The notes under the pieces are model-generated. The model saw only the letters and a list, made by a program, of their open reading frames with translations, ran no database searches and was not told where the DNA came from. From a virus (Duplodnaviria > Caudoviricetes): a stretch of DNA of 59,592 nt. Location: IMG/VR virus record IMGVR_UViG_3300021976_000014, positions 1-59,592 of that record. One strand, 5' to 3'. A program made the position numbers and the translations under genes. Below are positions 15,998-26,006 of the stretch, one piece after another (position 1 is the stretch's first letter; the number at the start of each line of letters is the position of its first letter).

Positions 15998-18900
15998 ATG
16001 GCCGGTGAGAACCAAGTCGGCGCCGGGTATATCGAGCTTATCCCGGAACTCGACAACCGTCGACTAGCTAGAACGACGGACCAAATCAGGGCTCATCTCA
16101 AGGGCATGGGTCGGGCTGTAGACAAAGAGTGGAAGGCTCAGAACCAGGACCTAATCGGTGAAGCCTCCCGGCAATTCAAGAGCCTCCACAAGGGTCAAGC
16201 TGAGGGCATCTTCAGGGCTCACCGGGCTGAGATCAAAAGCTCACAGTCGCTTCAGAAGCAACGTCAATCGGCGATGTCCGGAGAGCAGAGGGATCAGCAG
16301 AGGCGGATCTCGGAGCTAGACAAGTGGTACAAGGACAAGAACGCCCTTGACGCCCGCGCGATGGCTGAGTCCAAGAGGGCTCAGAAGGCTTTCGCGTCGG
16401 AAATGGACAAGCTGTTCAGCGACTCCGTGATGAAGGGCGTCGGCGCCACTCCGACGCCTCCGAAACCCGGCGCAGCCGGGAGGCTCGGCTACCAGGCCGC
16501 TACCCCCCCGCCCACATCTCCCAACGTCGGTGCACTAGGCACTTCGGCTGCGAACCTGGACAGGCTCTCTAGTAGCCTCTCTCAGTTGTCCACGCGAATC
16601 GGTATTGCGTCTTTCCAGATGCAAATGCTCGGTGTGATGCTGACGACCGCTGTCACCGGTCCGGCGCTTATGGCGTTCGGCGGGCTCGCGCGGTCCGGAT
16701 TGCAGTTCGCCGTGAACATCGACTACGCCCGCGCATCCATGAAGGCGCTACTGAAGCCGTCGGATGACGTCGAGCAGATCCTGAACGACATTAAGCAGAT
16801 CTCGATAGATAGCCCGATGTTCGCCGCTCAGGACGCAATTCAGTACGCCCAACAGATCGCCGCCGTAGGCGTCAAGGGGCGAGACCTGACACGGACTATG
16901 CAGGCGATGTCGAATATCTTCTTAACTCAAGGCGTCGCCGGCCCTGAGCGAGCCAAGCTAGCGATGCTCGCGTACACCCAGATTTTGTCAAAGGGCAAGA
17001 TCGGGATGGACGACCTTCGCCAACAGTTCGCCGAGCATGTTCCTGGTGGCATAAAGATTTTCGAACAGGTCGCCCTGACGATGGGCTACAAGTCCATTAA
17101 GGCACTCAACAAGGGGCTCGTAGAGGGCAAAGTCTCGATGGTCGACCTCAACGAGGCGTTCATCAAGTTCGGCAACAGCGAGAAGTACGTCACCGGTGCC
17201 GCCAATGCTGCTCAGACTCTTGGTGGAGTGTGGCAGGCGTTCACCGAGGAAATCGTATCGACCGTCGGTAGTGCGTTCGACAGGAACCGCGCGCAGATCA
17301 TCAACGCTATCAACGGCATACGTCCAGTCGTGATGGCATTCATCAATTGGTTTGTGGCGGCACTGCCGGCGATGATCCAAGCCGTCAACAACCTCGTGAT
17401 TAAGATTCGAGGCATAAAGGCCGCGTATGACGCCTTGAACCCTGAGACTCAGAAGGTCATTCAACAGCTCGGGTTGATGGTGTTGGTCGCCGGTCCGGCT
17501 TCCGTGGCGCTTGGCATCCTCGGGACAGCTCTGTCAACGGTCGCTAACGCCGCGAGTCTGTTGGTTAAGGTTCTGTCGCTCGCCACCGCTGGTGGGTCGC
17601 TGGGAGTACTCGGCGTCCTGATGACGACGGTAGCGGTTGCAGCAGTCGTCCTCGGCGGCGCGATGGTCTATCTCTACAACAAGAGCGCGCCATTCCGGAA
17701 AGTCTTCTTGCAGGTCGCCAATCTGCTTAAGGACGCCATCGGTACAATCATCCTCCCGCTAGTCGACGCGCTTTGGGGCGCGATTGTATCGCTCGGTAGG
17801 ACATTCGAAGGTCTCGGACTGAAAACCGAACACCTGGCGTACGCACTTCTCATCCTCGGTGTTCCGATCGCGATGGTAGCGCTTGCTCTCGGCGTACTGC
17901 TCATTGTCGTAAAGGCTATTCAGATCGCCGTTGCGGTATTGATCAGTGCGTTCGATGCTCTGATGCACATCCTTGCGTCAACGATGTATACCGCTCAGGC
18001 GCTAATGGAGGCTCTAGCAAACATCCCTGGGCCTCTTGGTGAGAGCGCCGGGCAGACCGGTAAGGATATTCAGGCTCTCCGAGACGGAATGGTCGGGCTT
18101 GTCGACACCACCGGAGCATGGAAAACCGTTGGCACTGGAGCTGACAGCGTAACCCAAGGTCTACAACAGACTCTCGCGAACACTGACTTGACTGCCACTG
18201 GGCTTGCCGGGGTCTTTGATCACTTGGGCCTTGGAGTCGACGACCTCACCAAGAAGGAAATTGGGCTAGAAGAGGCTCTCCAGAACGCACGCCGGGCGAT
18301 GGATGCTCAAGGTAGCGCGGCGGCTGGCGCAGCAGACGCAAACGACGCCTACAAGCGCGCCAAGCTGGCTTTGACGGAGTCCGTTGATCGCAACGGACGG
18401 TCGCTGACGGACAACAGCCGAGCCAGTTTGGACAACCGCGATGCACTGAAATCTGCCGGGCAGGCGTCCTACGAAAAAATGCTCCAGGATATCCGTAGTG
18501 GTGTGCCGATGGATAAAGCCATCGCAAGGCACAAGGCGCGGACCAATCAACTTATCAAGGAGTTCGGCGCCAACAAGGCGACGAACACCGCCGCGAAAAC
18601 GCTGATTGACACGTACGCAAAGGTGCCAAAGGACGTCAAGACCCTGCTTGGCATAATGGGGTACAAAGACGTCAACGCCCGAATGATCGAACTGCTGGTT
18701 AAGCAGCGAACCCTTCGGTATCCGGAGACCAGCGCGGCAGCGGTGCGAGCCGCGATTGCCAAGCAAGAGCGGATTAAGGCTGCCACTGGTGGCTTGGTCC
18801 GTGGGCCTGGTGGTCCTGTTGCAGACAAGATCCCCGCGATGCTCTCTAACAAAGAGTACGTTGTCAAAGCCTCCGCCACCCGTGCTGTCGGCACGGGGAT

Positions 18901-19561
18901 TCTGGACTACATCAACAGGTACGGTGACGTACCCGCGATGTACGCCCGAGGTGGATTGGCGCAGACGTGGCCTTATAAGGCTGACGTCAGCAAAACAAAG
19001 ATACCGCAGATCCTTGAGGGTGGCGGTGGTAGCGGCCAAGTAGCCCGAATGATGTCCATCCTTCGGAACGCGTTCCCTGGGTTGGCTCTTATCAGCGGCT
19101 ACAGGCCGGGCGCTATTACCTCCACCGGAAACAAATCCTATCACGGCATGGGTCGGGCTGTAGACGTTCCGCCTCGGTGGGATGTCTTCAGTTGGATCAA
19201 GTCGACCTACGGCGCAATGACGAAGGAACTAATCTTCACGCCCGCCGGTGACCGGCAAATCAAGAACGGCCGGGAGCATGTCTTCAGCGGCGGGACGATT
19301 AAGCAGGACCACAACGACCATGTTCACTGGGCGTACGACAACGGCGGCGTCATCCCGCCTGGTGCGCCTTTCGTCAACAACTCCAACTCGGCTGAGCTGG
19401 CGCTGAACTCCGCTCAGGGGTCGGCGCTTGAAGACCGAATCCGGGACTCTGATCGAAAGATCGACGTCGCGGTGTACGTAGATGGCGTCCGGCGAGATGC
19501 CGAGATCGTATGGAACGAGAAGGCTGATGAACTGACGCGCGCATTAGGGGGTGGGGCGTAG
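15998..19561 (+). CDS. Tape measure protein with C-terminal putative peptidoglycan peptidase domain
   Basis: 1187 aa helical protein with a tape-measure domain, hydrophobic repeats, ATGG.V.GPG and SGYRPG..SYHG.GRAVD..HNDHVH motifs. Confidence 0.92.
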   Translation: MAGENQVGAGYIELIPELDNRRLARTTDQIRAHLKGMGRAVDKEWKAQNQDLIGEASRQFKSLHKGQAEGIFRAHRAEIKSSQSLQKQRQSAMSGEQRDQQRRISELDKWYKDKNALDARAMAESKRAQKAFASEMDKLFSDSVMKGVGATPTPPKPGAAGRLGYQAATPPPTSPNVGALGTSAANLDRLSSSLSQLSTRIGIASFQMQMLGVMLTTAVTGPALMAFGGLARSGLQFAVNIDYARASMKALLKPSDDVEQILNDIKQISIDSPMFAAQDAIQYAQQIAAVGVKGRDLTRTMQAMSNIFLTQGVAGPERAKLAMLAYTQILSKGKIGMDDLRQQFAEHVPGGIKIFEQVALTMGYKSIKALNKGLVEGKVSMVDLNEAFIKFGNSEKYVTGAANAAQTLGGVWQAFTEEIVSTVGSAFDRNRAQIINAINGIRPVVMAFINWFVAALPAMIQAVNNLVIKIRGIKAAYDALNPETQKVIQQLGLMVLVAGPASVALGILGTALSTVANAASLLVKVLSLATAGGSLGVLGVLMTTVAVAAVVLGGAMVYLYNKSAPFRKVFLQVANLLKDAIGTIILPLVDALWGAIVSLGRTFEGLGLKTEHLAYALLILGVPIAMVALALGVLLIVVKAIQIAVAVLISAFDALMHILASTMYTAQALMEALANIPGPLGESAGQTGKDIQALRDGMVGLVDTTGAWKTVGTGADSVTQGLQQTLANTDLTATGLAGVFDHLGLGVDDLTKKEIGLEEALQNARRAMDAQGSAAAGAADANDAYKRAKLALTESVDRNGRSLTDNSRASLDNRDALKSAGQASYEKMLQDIRSGVPMDKAIARHKARTNQLIKEFGANKATNTAAKTLIDTYAKVPKDVKTLLGIMGYKDVNARMIELLVKQRTLRYPETSAAAVRAAIAKQERIKAATGGLVRGPGGPVADKIPAMLSNKEYVVKASATRAVGTGILDYINRYGDVPAMYARGGLAQTWPYKADVSKTKIPQILEGGGGSGQVARMMSILRNAFPGLALISGYRPGAITSTGNKSYHGMGRAVDVPPRWDVFSWIKSTYGAMTKELIFTPAGDRQIKNGREHVFSGGTIKQDHNDHVHWAYDNGGVIPPGAPFVNNSNSAELALNSAQGSALEDRIRDSDRKIDVAVYVDGVRRDAEIVWNEKADELTRALGGGA

Positions 19562-20826
19562 TGGCGACTCTGAACGCTAACCCCTTCTTCGAGACGAACA
19601 TCACCAACTGGACCGCAGTCCAAGGCACTGTTGCCCGGTCGACAGCGCAGTTTCACCAGGGCATCGCTAGCCTCCTTCTGACTCCGAACGGCACCGGCGC
19701 GACGACGGAAGCGCGAGCCGAGCTGGTTCCTGTGACGGCGGGTGGCAAGTATCGTGCGTCAGCTTGGGTGCGGTGCGCTGTTGCCCGTAGTGTGTCAGTG
19801 AACATCAACTGGCACACGGCTGCTGACGTCTACATCATTACGTCCACCTTCACTGCCGCTGTCGCTGCTAACACCTGGGCCTTCTTGGATCTCGCTGAGG
19901 CAACCGCTCCACCGACGGCGGCCAAGGCTCGAATCTTAATAACTCTCTCAACAACCCCACCGATCACACACACCCTTTATGTCGATCAGGCAATCCTTTC
20001 TCATCTCTCGATTACTGCGGTCCACAACGGCAACCCTGACAGTCCCGGAATCGATATCACGGTTAGCGATATCGATGCAGCCCGAGATCGCCTGAGTATC
20101 GTCCGACACGACATCTTCGGAGAACACCCTGATGCCGCGATCAGGGGGGCGGACAGCATTACCATATCCGGGATCACTTCGTTCGCGATCACAGATTACG
20201 AAGCCCCGGTTGCCAACCCTGTTGAATATCTGGTTACCGTCTGGAATAACCCTAGTAGCAACCTCAACTCAGCGACGTCGAATGTCGTCACACCTCCGGC
20301 GTTCTTTCCGGGTGACACCTGGATTAAGAGCGTTTCTCAGCCGGCGCTCTCCCGGCGAGTAAATATGGTTGACTTCAGTGAGGTCTCAAACCCCGGTCGA
20401 GTACTAGGCGAATACGACGTCCTAGGCAAGCGAAACAAAGTTGTCATCATGGATGTCCCTGGCGGACGCGAGGGCGCCTTCTCTTTGTTGACCTACGAGA
20501 TAACTGGCAACGCCGTCAACTCCAATCCAAACGACCTACGGCTGTTGTTGGAGCAGGGTCGGACGCTGTTCCTTCAGACAATGGGACGAAGCCAAACCGG
20601 CGAGACAGATATGTACCTCGAACTTAAATCGGTCGACCGGACGCGAGTCGGGCCGATTGGCAACGACCTCGTATTTCTGCATCGGATTTCGTACGTAGAG
20701 GTCGATCGGCCATCAACCGCTGAAGAATCTCTGGGCCTGCTGAGCTGGCAAGACATTCTTGACACCTACGCCACCTGGCAAGACGTTCTTAGCCTCAACA
20801 CCACCTGGCTTGATCTACTCGAATAA
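19561..20826 (+). CDS. Minor tail (distal tail-like) protein with N-terminal carbohydrate-binding module
   Basis: LNANPFFET...W..V.AG..Y..SAWVR is CBM4/9-like; position after the tape measure gene. Confidence 0.7.
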   Translation: MATLNANPFFETNITNWTAVQGTVARSTAQFHQGIASLLLTPNGTGATTEARAELVPVTAGGKYRASAWVRCAVARSVSVNINWHTAADVYIITSTFTAAVAANTWAFLDLAEATAPPTAAKARILITLSTTPPITHTLYVDQAILSHLSITAVHNGNPDSPGIDITVSDIDAARDRLSIVRHDIFGEHPDAAIRGADSITISGITSFAITDYEAPVANPVEYLVTVWNNPSSNLNSATSNVVTPPAFFPGDTWIKSVSQPALSRRVNMVDFSEVSNPGRVLGEYDVLGKRNKVVIMDVPGGREGAFSLLTYEITGNAVNSNPNDLRLLLEQGRTLFLQTMGRSQTGETDMYLELKSVDRTRVGPIGNDLVFLHRISYVEVDRPSTAEESLGLLSWQDILDTYATWQDVLSLNTTWLDLLE

Positions 20827-20838
20827 TAAGGGGAACAG

Positions 20839-21201
20839 ATGCTCGATTTCAAAATCCTGCAATACGCGGATCAGGTCGACAACCTTCAGAAGGAGTACAC
20901 CTACAGCCTCTATGACGACCTCGATGGGTATCGCGTCATTAGTGGCGGTGGTGCGGTAAGCTTCACCGCGACCCTCACCGGCGTCAATACCTGCTATCAC
21001 CACCAGTCAGTCAACTGTCTGATACCCGGATACGGGCCGAATGGCGAAGACGGTTGGCGGTTCGCGGGGAAGTTCAACAATTCGTATCGAGGTATCGCCA
21101 CCGTCAGCGTACGAGCTGTCGCGGTCAAAGAGCTGCCCGACCCACCACCGCCAGAGCCTCTGGCGACTCTGGCGGAAGAGCCGCCGGTGGAGGTGGTGTA
21201 G
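20839..21201 (+). CDS. Hypothetical tail-region protein
   Basis: RBS present; in-operon ORF. Confidence 0.55.
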   Translation: MLDFKILQYADQVDNLQKEYTYSLYDDLDGYRVISGGGAVSFTATLTGVNTCYHHQSVNCLIPGYGPNGEDGWRFAGKFNNSYRGIATVSVRAVAVKELPDPPPPEPLATLAEEPPVEVV

Positions 21202-21204
21202 TAG

Positions 21205-22323
21205 ATGTATCCCGTCTCCGACACTTTCCTGCGACGGATTAAGCAGTCGGGGCGGCGAAAGACGGTAGTAGACGTCTACTACGACGGACAACAGGTCGCC
21301 ACTGGACTCCCCGTGTCCAGTGGCGCTATCCGGGCGGAACTGGACGCAGATGTCCGGCGGACGGGGACTATCGCAATCGCCGATCCAGGGTTAGTGCCGA
21401 CATTCGATGTCACTACCCTTTCTCCACTCGGTACTGAGGTGTTGGTAAAACAGGGCCTCACCTATCCGGGGAGCGCCGAAGAACTCGTACCCCTCGGGAT
21501 GTTTCGGCTAGAGACAACCGGTTGGAACGACGCCGACGGCTCAATTCCAACTGTGCAGATATACGACCGGAGCAAGGCGCTTCAGGTCGAGCTGCCAACG
21601 GCCATCGGTTTCGCCGGCTGGATGGCGAAAGACGCTTTGCTGTATATCCTCCAGTGGATATACCCGACGCTCGGGTTGGACGCGGGAGGGGTTTTCGGCC
21701 CCGATATCCCGAACTACCGAATCCCCGGCGGGCATTCCTTTAGCGGTGGAACGCATTACTCGGCTATCTCGACCCTCGCGTCCAACCTTGGCGCTCGATT
21801 CTTCTTTGACGTCCTCGGAGCTGCGAGGGTAGAGCTTATCCCGGACCTCTCTCCTGGCGCCGACCCTCAGCCAGTGGTGACGCTCGGAGTAGGCGAAGAC
21901 GGCGTCCTGATGGACGCTGAACACACACACAGTCGAGAGGGTGTTTACAACTCTGTGACCGTAGTCGGTGCGGCTAACACCAACGGGATCACTGTCTCAG
22001 CGACAGCCAGAAATACGTATCCTGGCTCGCCCACGAGGTGGGATGGTCCGTTCGGACGAGTGCCGGTGACAATCATCGACGATTCGTTGGTTACCGGTTC
22101 CCAATGTGCCGTGCGGGCGAACGTTGAACTCCGGAAGTACACCGGAGCGTCGTACTCGATTGACTTCTCGGCGGTTCCGAACCCAGCGATTCACGAAGGC
22201 GACGTGGCGCAGTTCGACTACCTCAATGGCACCTCCGAGCTTCATGAAATCGCATCCCTCAACATCCCTCTTGGCGCTGGAACGTATTCCGGCACCAGTA
22301 AGGTTGTGGTGCTTTATGGATAG
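21205..22323 (+). CDS. Minor tail/baseplate hub protein (DUF5047-like)
   Basis: MYPVS..F, ELVPLG.F, YN.V.V.G, GPFG.VP and PNPA...GD motifs. Confidence 0.75.
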   Translation: MYPVSDTFLRRIKQSGRRKTVVDVYYDGQQVATGLPVSSGAIRAELDADVRRTGTIAIADPGLVPTFDVTTLSPLGTEVLVKQGLTYPGSAEELVPLGMFRLETTGWNDADGSIPTVQIYDRSKALQVELPTAIGFAGWMAKDALLYILQWIYPTLGLDAGGVFGPDIPNYRIPGGHSFSGGTHYSAISTLASNLGARFFFDVLGAARVELIPDLSPGADPQPVVTLGVGEDGVLMDAEHTHSREGVYNSVTVVGAANTNGITVSATARNTYPGSPTRWDGPFGRVPVTIIDDSLVTGSQCAVRANVELRKYTGASYSIDFSAVPNPAIHEGDVAQFDYLNGTSELHEIASLNIPLGAGTYSGTSKVVVLYG

Positions 22324-22606
22324 TGTGATGCGGCTCGCAAATGCTATCGAGCGTAAGGCGGCCAAGGCCGCCGGGCGGGCACCCATGTACTACGGCGTAT
22401 GGATAGCCGCCGAGTCGATTGATGCCAACCTCTCTCAGGTCAGAGTCCCCGGTGCCGCACCGGACGGTGCCAGCGCGACCGTTCGGTTTATGCCAAAGCT
22501 GGCTCACGTTACCGGGCTGACAACGTCATCGACGGTCCTTTGCCTCGGGTCTCCTCTTTGTATCATCGGGATTCTAGTTGGGGACATTAGCCTGGCTGCG
22601 ATCTAA
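22316..22606 (+). CDS. Small minor tail protein
   Basis: Coupled to the hub gene; size and position typical of a tail-tip protein. Confidence 0.55.
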   Translation: MDSVMRLANAIERKAAKAAGRAPMYYGVWIAAESIDANLSQVRVPGAAPDGASATVRFMPKLAHVTGLTTSSTVLCLGSPLCIIGILVGDISLAAI

Positions 22607-22621
22607 CCATGAAGGATATGC

Positions 22622-23116
22622 ATGCAGACAACCCCAATTGCCAATCTCCCCTACCCTGAGCTAACAGATCTTCCTAACGCCCAAACTGGATTTTCCAATC
22701 TTGCTAACGCACTCGACGGTATCCTCATCCCGAGGTACAGTAATGCGTCCGCGCGGAATCTCGCCATTACGTCTCCCGTCGCCGGGATGATGAGCTATTT
22801 GACGTCCGAGGCGCGGTTCGAGCGGTATACGGGGTCGGCGTGGCGACCAATCAATCACACCGAGGCCGGAACGCTGGTCGTCACTTTTGGTGTCTCGGCG
22901 CCCACTGTAACGAGAGCTGTTGTCTTCGGGCATACGTTCGTTTCCGCTCCAGTTGTGTCGACCAACATCAACTCGACCGCCGCGAGCACGGCGCAATGGT
23001 GTAGCAGGGCATACAACATCACCACGACCGGATGCGATCTCTTTCTGTTCTCGGCTGTCAACGTCGCTAACACCTGGTCGAGCATCCCCGTCCAGTGGTC
23101 CGCTACGGGCGTCTAG
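22622..23116 (+). CDS. Tail fibre/minor tail protein with H-lectin-like C-terminus
   Basis: TP..NLPYP, AR..AI.SP..G...Y and V.F...F...PVV...T.TG motifs. Confidence 0.65.
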   Translation: MQTTPIANLPYPELTDLPNAQTGFSNLANALDGILIPRYSNASARNLAITSPVAGMMSYLTSEARFERYTGSAWRPINHTEAGTLVVTFGVSAPTVTRAVVFGHTFVSAPVVSTNINSTAASTAQWCSRAYNITTTGCDLFLFSAVNVANTWSSIPVQWSATGV

Positions 23117-23419
23117 GTGGATCTGTACACAGTCATCTTCGTAGCCAGCGCCCTAGGCGCTGGCGCCATCCTAGACAAACTCCTCACGAAGCTCCTGAAC
23201 CGGAAGACCTCTCAGGTTGACCTCGCCGCGATGTCCGTAGCGGTCGCGAAGGAAGTCTTGGCTGAGGCTCGGGTTGAGATGGCTAAGCACAGGATTGAAA
23301 TGGCTGAGATGCGAGCGGAGCTGGCGGAGACCCGGGCCGCGCTCGCGCACGCACACCTAGAGATAGCAGCTCTACGAGCTGAGATTGCGGCTTACCGCCG
23401 CACAAACGGAGAGAAATAA
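23117..23419 (+). CDS. Membrane-anchored coiled-coil protein (lysis accessory)
   Basis: N-terminal TM helix plus heptad repeat; adjacent to the holin. Confidence 0.55.
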   Translation: MDLYTVIFVASALGAGAILDKLLTKLLNRKTSQVDLAAMSVAVAKEVLAEARVEMAKHRIEMAEMRAELAETRAALAHAHLEIAALRAEIAAYRRTNGEK

Positions 23420-23420
23420 T

Positions 23421-23606
23421 ATGAGAGTATCTGAGGCCGCTAAGGCGGTGGTGGCTGCGGTCGGTACCGCCGTCACCGCGCTGAGCGCGGCGTTCGCCGA
23501 CAACATCCTGAATGACAACGAAACCGCCGGCCTGGTCAGCACAATCGTGCTGGCGGTCCTGACTGTCTATGGCGTCTACAAGACCGACAACGAACCCGCT
23601 GAGTAA
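23421..23606 (+). CDS. Putative holin
   Basis: 61 aa with two TM helices; KAVVAA...GVY pattern. Confidence 0.6.
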   Translation: MRVSEAAKAVVAAVGTAVTALSAAFADNILNDNETAGLVSTIVLAVLTVYGVYKTDNEPAE

Positions 23607-23612
23607 GTACGC

Positions 23613-23657
23613 AGAAGAGCCCGACCCCGGAGATGGGGTCGGGCTCTATTTCTGTTT
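23613..23657. terminator. Bidirectional terminator at the arm junction
   Basis: AGAGCCCGACCCC-GGAGAT-GGGGTCGGGCTCT lies between convergent operons. Confidence 0.8.
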
Positions 23658-23663
23658 GGGGGG

Positions 23664-23861
23664 TTAGCAGCGCACCCAAAAATCAGCAATCTCGGTTCCG
23701 TCGGTCAACAACCGGACGCGCTGCCAAGACACAGTGCCGCCGTGCAGCCGAGCGATTTCGCGGGCGTCCACCTCGGAAATGCCTTTGAGCGTGGCGCCGG
23801 CGGCCAGAACGACCTTCCATCGCCGGGCCTCTACCAGCACCGGGGCAAGGTTCAGAATCAC
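23664..23861 (-). CDS. Hypothetical protein
   Basis: GTGA coupling to the upstream gene. Confidence 0.5.
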   Translation of the reverse strand: MILNLAPVLVEARRWKVVLAAGATLKGISEVDAREIARLHGGTVSWQRVRLLTDGTEIADFWVRC

Positions 23862-24724
23862 TTCGCTCCCAGGATGATCCCCGGATTGATGCATAGACCG
23901 GGAGCGGTGCCGGAGTGTTCGCTGATCTCCAGGCACCTGACGACGTTGTTAACCTCAGCGTTCTTCTCGGTGACGGCCTTTCGCTTCGCGGCGTTGATGA
24001 GATCCTGGTCGAGGTTACGGCCCTCGGCTAGCTTCGTTCCGAAAGCCTTGATGTTGGCCTCGGTGGTGGCGTCATGATTCACGCGGACCACGGATACCGA
24101 AACGATCGTGATGTCCTCACCGAGCCGCTCAACCGCCAAGTCGCGGACCTTATCGGCGTACGGCTTCAGGTCGACGTTGAGATTTCCCGTGTTCGCGTCG
24201 ATGTTCGCGAGTGGGTTGTAGGTGGCGAAAGCGTCGTTCAGGATCGTGTCGAGCTGTGTGCCGACGCGCTGACCTCGGAACGCTTCGAAGTCCTTTTTGT
24301 AGTCAAAGAACTGCTCGGCGGCCTTGGCGTCCTTGGCTTGCCACTCAATGAGGACTTCAACGTACGCGTCCGCGAGAGTCGCGGTCCGGACCGTGACGTC
24401 CCGGTCCGGGGTGAGGTGGTCGTACTTCTGCCGGCTGGCGTCCCACTCCCCAATCTTCTGCCACGGCAGCACCCATTGCAGGCCGGCACCGGTTATCCGT
24501 CCGGTCGGCTTGTTGAATGAGGTAACGATGCCGACGTTCCGAACCGGGACGGTGTTTGCGGAAGACAGCACCGTGAATCCGATTCCGATCAGCACAGCCA
24601 GTCCGGCGAACAGAGACATGACCTTCTTGTCTGCTGGCATCGTTAGCACCTTACGCCACACCAAGCAGCCGAGAGCGCCCGCGAAGAACCCGATCCCGAC
24701 CACGAACCAACCTGGCATTTCCAC
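23858..24724 (-). CDS. SPFH/Band-7 family membrane protein
   Basis: Two TM helices, V...NVGIVT.F.KP...GL.W..PW motif and coiled-coil tail. Confidence 0.8.
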   Translation of the reverse strand: MEMPGWFVVGIGFFAGALGCLVWRKVLTMPADKKVMSLFAGLAVLIGIGFTVLSSANTVPVRNVGIVTSFNKPTGRITGAGLQWVLPWQKIGEWDASRQKYDHLTPDRDVTVRTATLADAYVEVLIEWQAKDAKAAEQFFDYKKDFEAFRGQRVGTQLDTILNDAFATYNPLANIDANTGNLNVDLKPYADKVRDLAVERLGEDITIVSVSVVRVNHDATTEANIKAFGTKLAEGRNLDQDLINAAKRKAVTEKNAEVNNVVRCLEISEHSGTAPGLCINPGIILGAK

Positions 24725-24757
24725 TCCTCGTTAAGGGGTTGTTGGGCTGCAACACCG

Positions 24758-25504
24758 TCAGCGGTCTAGTAGCTCTTCCACGAGATCTTGTACCGAGTTC
24801 GGGCAGACACGACGCAGTTGTCGCAGCAGCGCCAGAGCGAACAACCTGACCTCTTCGTCAGCAGCGTCACTGGCTCGCTTGGTGATGATGTCCCGGTAGG
24901 TACCAATGGAGGCCGTCATTAGGATCTTCGTTTCCGTGGCCTCCGGCAAGTATGCCCGAGCAGCGCCGCGTGCCTCCGGCACTGTCATCCCGCGCTTAAT
25001 GAGGTCGTCGTACGCTTGGCTATATCGCTGTAGCGACATCTCAAAATGCTCTTGCAGACTGGTTCGCTCGGCGAAAGTAAATAGCGGCGGTGTCACGACC
25101 CCCATCTTGTTCGCATCGAGGTACCGCTGACTGAGGACGCTCAGGTTGATGCCTGGCTGTCTCAACTCGTGTAGCAACGACCGGGAGATGCCGTCCGCGT
25201 ACACAGTGGCATGCCCGTGCGCCAACACCTGGAAGTGTTCGGCGTCGATAACGGACGCCCGAAGGTATTCCCGGTTCTCTGTATTGGACGCCGAATGATC
25301 CCAGATCCGACCGGCGGCCTCGTGAAGTTCATCGATGTCCAAAGGGATGTACTCCCTCATCCACGTCTTCCACTCCGGGCTCGGCTCACCGTTGACGACC
25401 GGCTCAGGCTCCTCTTCTATCCGCCGGGAGATGTGGCTGGCGTAACCGGTGTGCACCAGTGCATCGTAATCGAGCGTAGTGGAAGCAACAATCCTGACGA
25501 ACAC
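24758..25504 (-). CDS. thyX: ThyX-like FAD-dependent thymidylate synthase (divergent motif)
   Basis: E.AGR, H..VL.H, ISRS..HEL, SQRY, AR.AARA.LP.A.ET and R....AD.E.R motifs; the canonical RHR is replaced by RQP. Confidence 0.8.
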   Translation of the reverse strand: MFVRIVASTTLDYDALVHTGYASHISRRIEEEPEPVVNGEPSPEWKTWMREYIPLDIDELHEAAGRIWDHSASNTENREYLRASVIDAEHFQVLAHGHATVYADGISRSLLHELRQPGINLSVLSQRYLDANKMGVVTPPLFTFAERTSLQEHFEMSLQRYSQAYDDLIKRGMTVPEARGAARAYLPEATETKILMTASIGTYRDIITKRASDAADEEVRLFALALLRQLRRVCPNSVQDLVEELLDR

Positions 25505-25939
25505 CTAGACCTCGATCCCGTAGCGGTCCTTCAGCGCCCGACGGAGGTCGGCGGTGTCCTTGATCGTGAAGTCGTAGAAGATGTTCGTGTTCGGCAACGC
25601 AAGGAAGTTTCGTGCAAATCTGTCTGCGTAAATGTCCGCTCCGTCGGCGTCAGTGAAGAACACGCTCCAGTAGTCGAAATCCTCGTCTTTCTCGTACGCT
25701 AGCTTTCCGCCTCCGGCCAGAACAGCCCATCCGGCGAAGCACAGTGCCGTGCCACAGATTTCGGGGGGGACGCCCGGCTGCAACAGTTGTACGAACGCTG
25801 ACATCCCGAACTGTTTCTTCTCGCTCTGCTCACGTTCGATAAGGTCGATGGTGGCGCGGATGTTGTCGACGTTGCCCGGCTGGTCTTCTGGCCGGTCAAG
25901 GAGATCTACGGACCCCTCAGCTTCGCGGTTACAGCCCAT
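25505..25939 (-). CDS. Hypothetical protein (CGT..CFAGWA motif)
   Basis: Motif recurrent in actinophage hypotheticals; RBS before ATG 25939. Confidence 0.6.
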   Translation of the reverse strand: MGCNREAEGSVDLLDRPEDQPGNVDNIRATIDLIEREQSEKKQFGMSAFVQLLQPGVPPEICGTALCFAGWAVLAGGGKLAYEKDEDFDYWSVFFTDADGADIYADRFARNFLALPNTNIFYDFTIKDTADLRRALKDRYGIEV

Positions 25940-26006
25940 CTTCGTGTCCTTTCGTCGGCTCTCCCATACCTTCGTTTTATGGGAGCTTGGCCACAGTACC
26001 TCGCGG

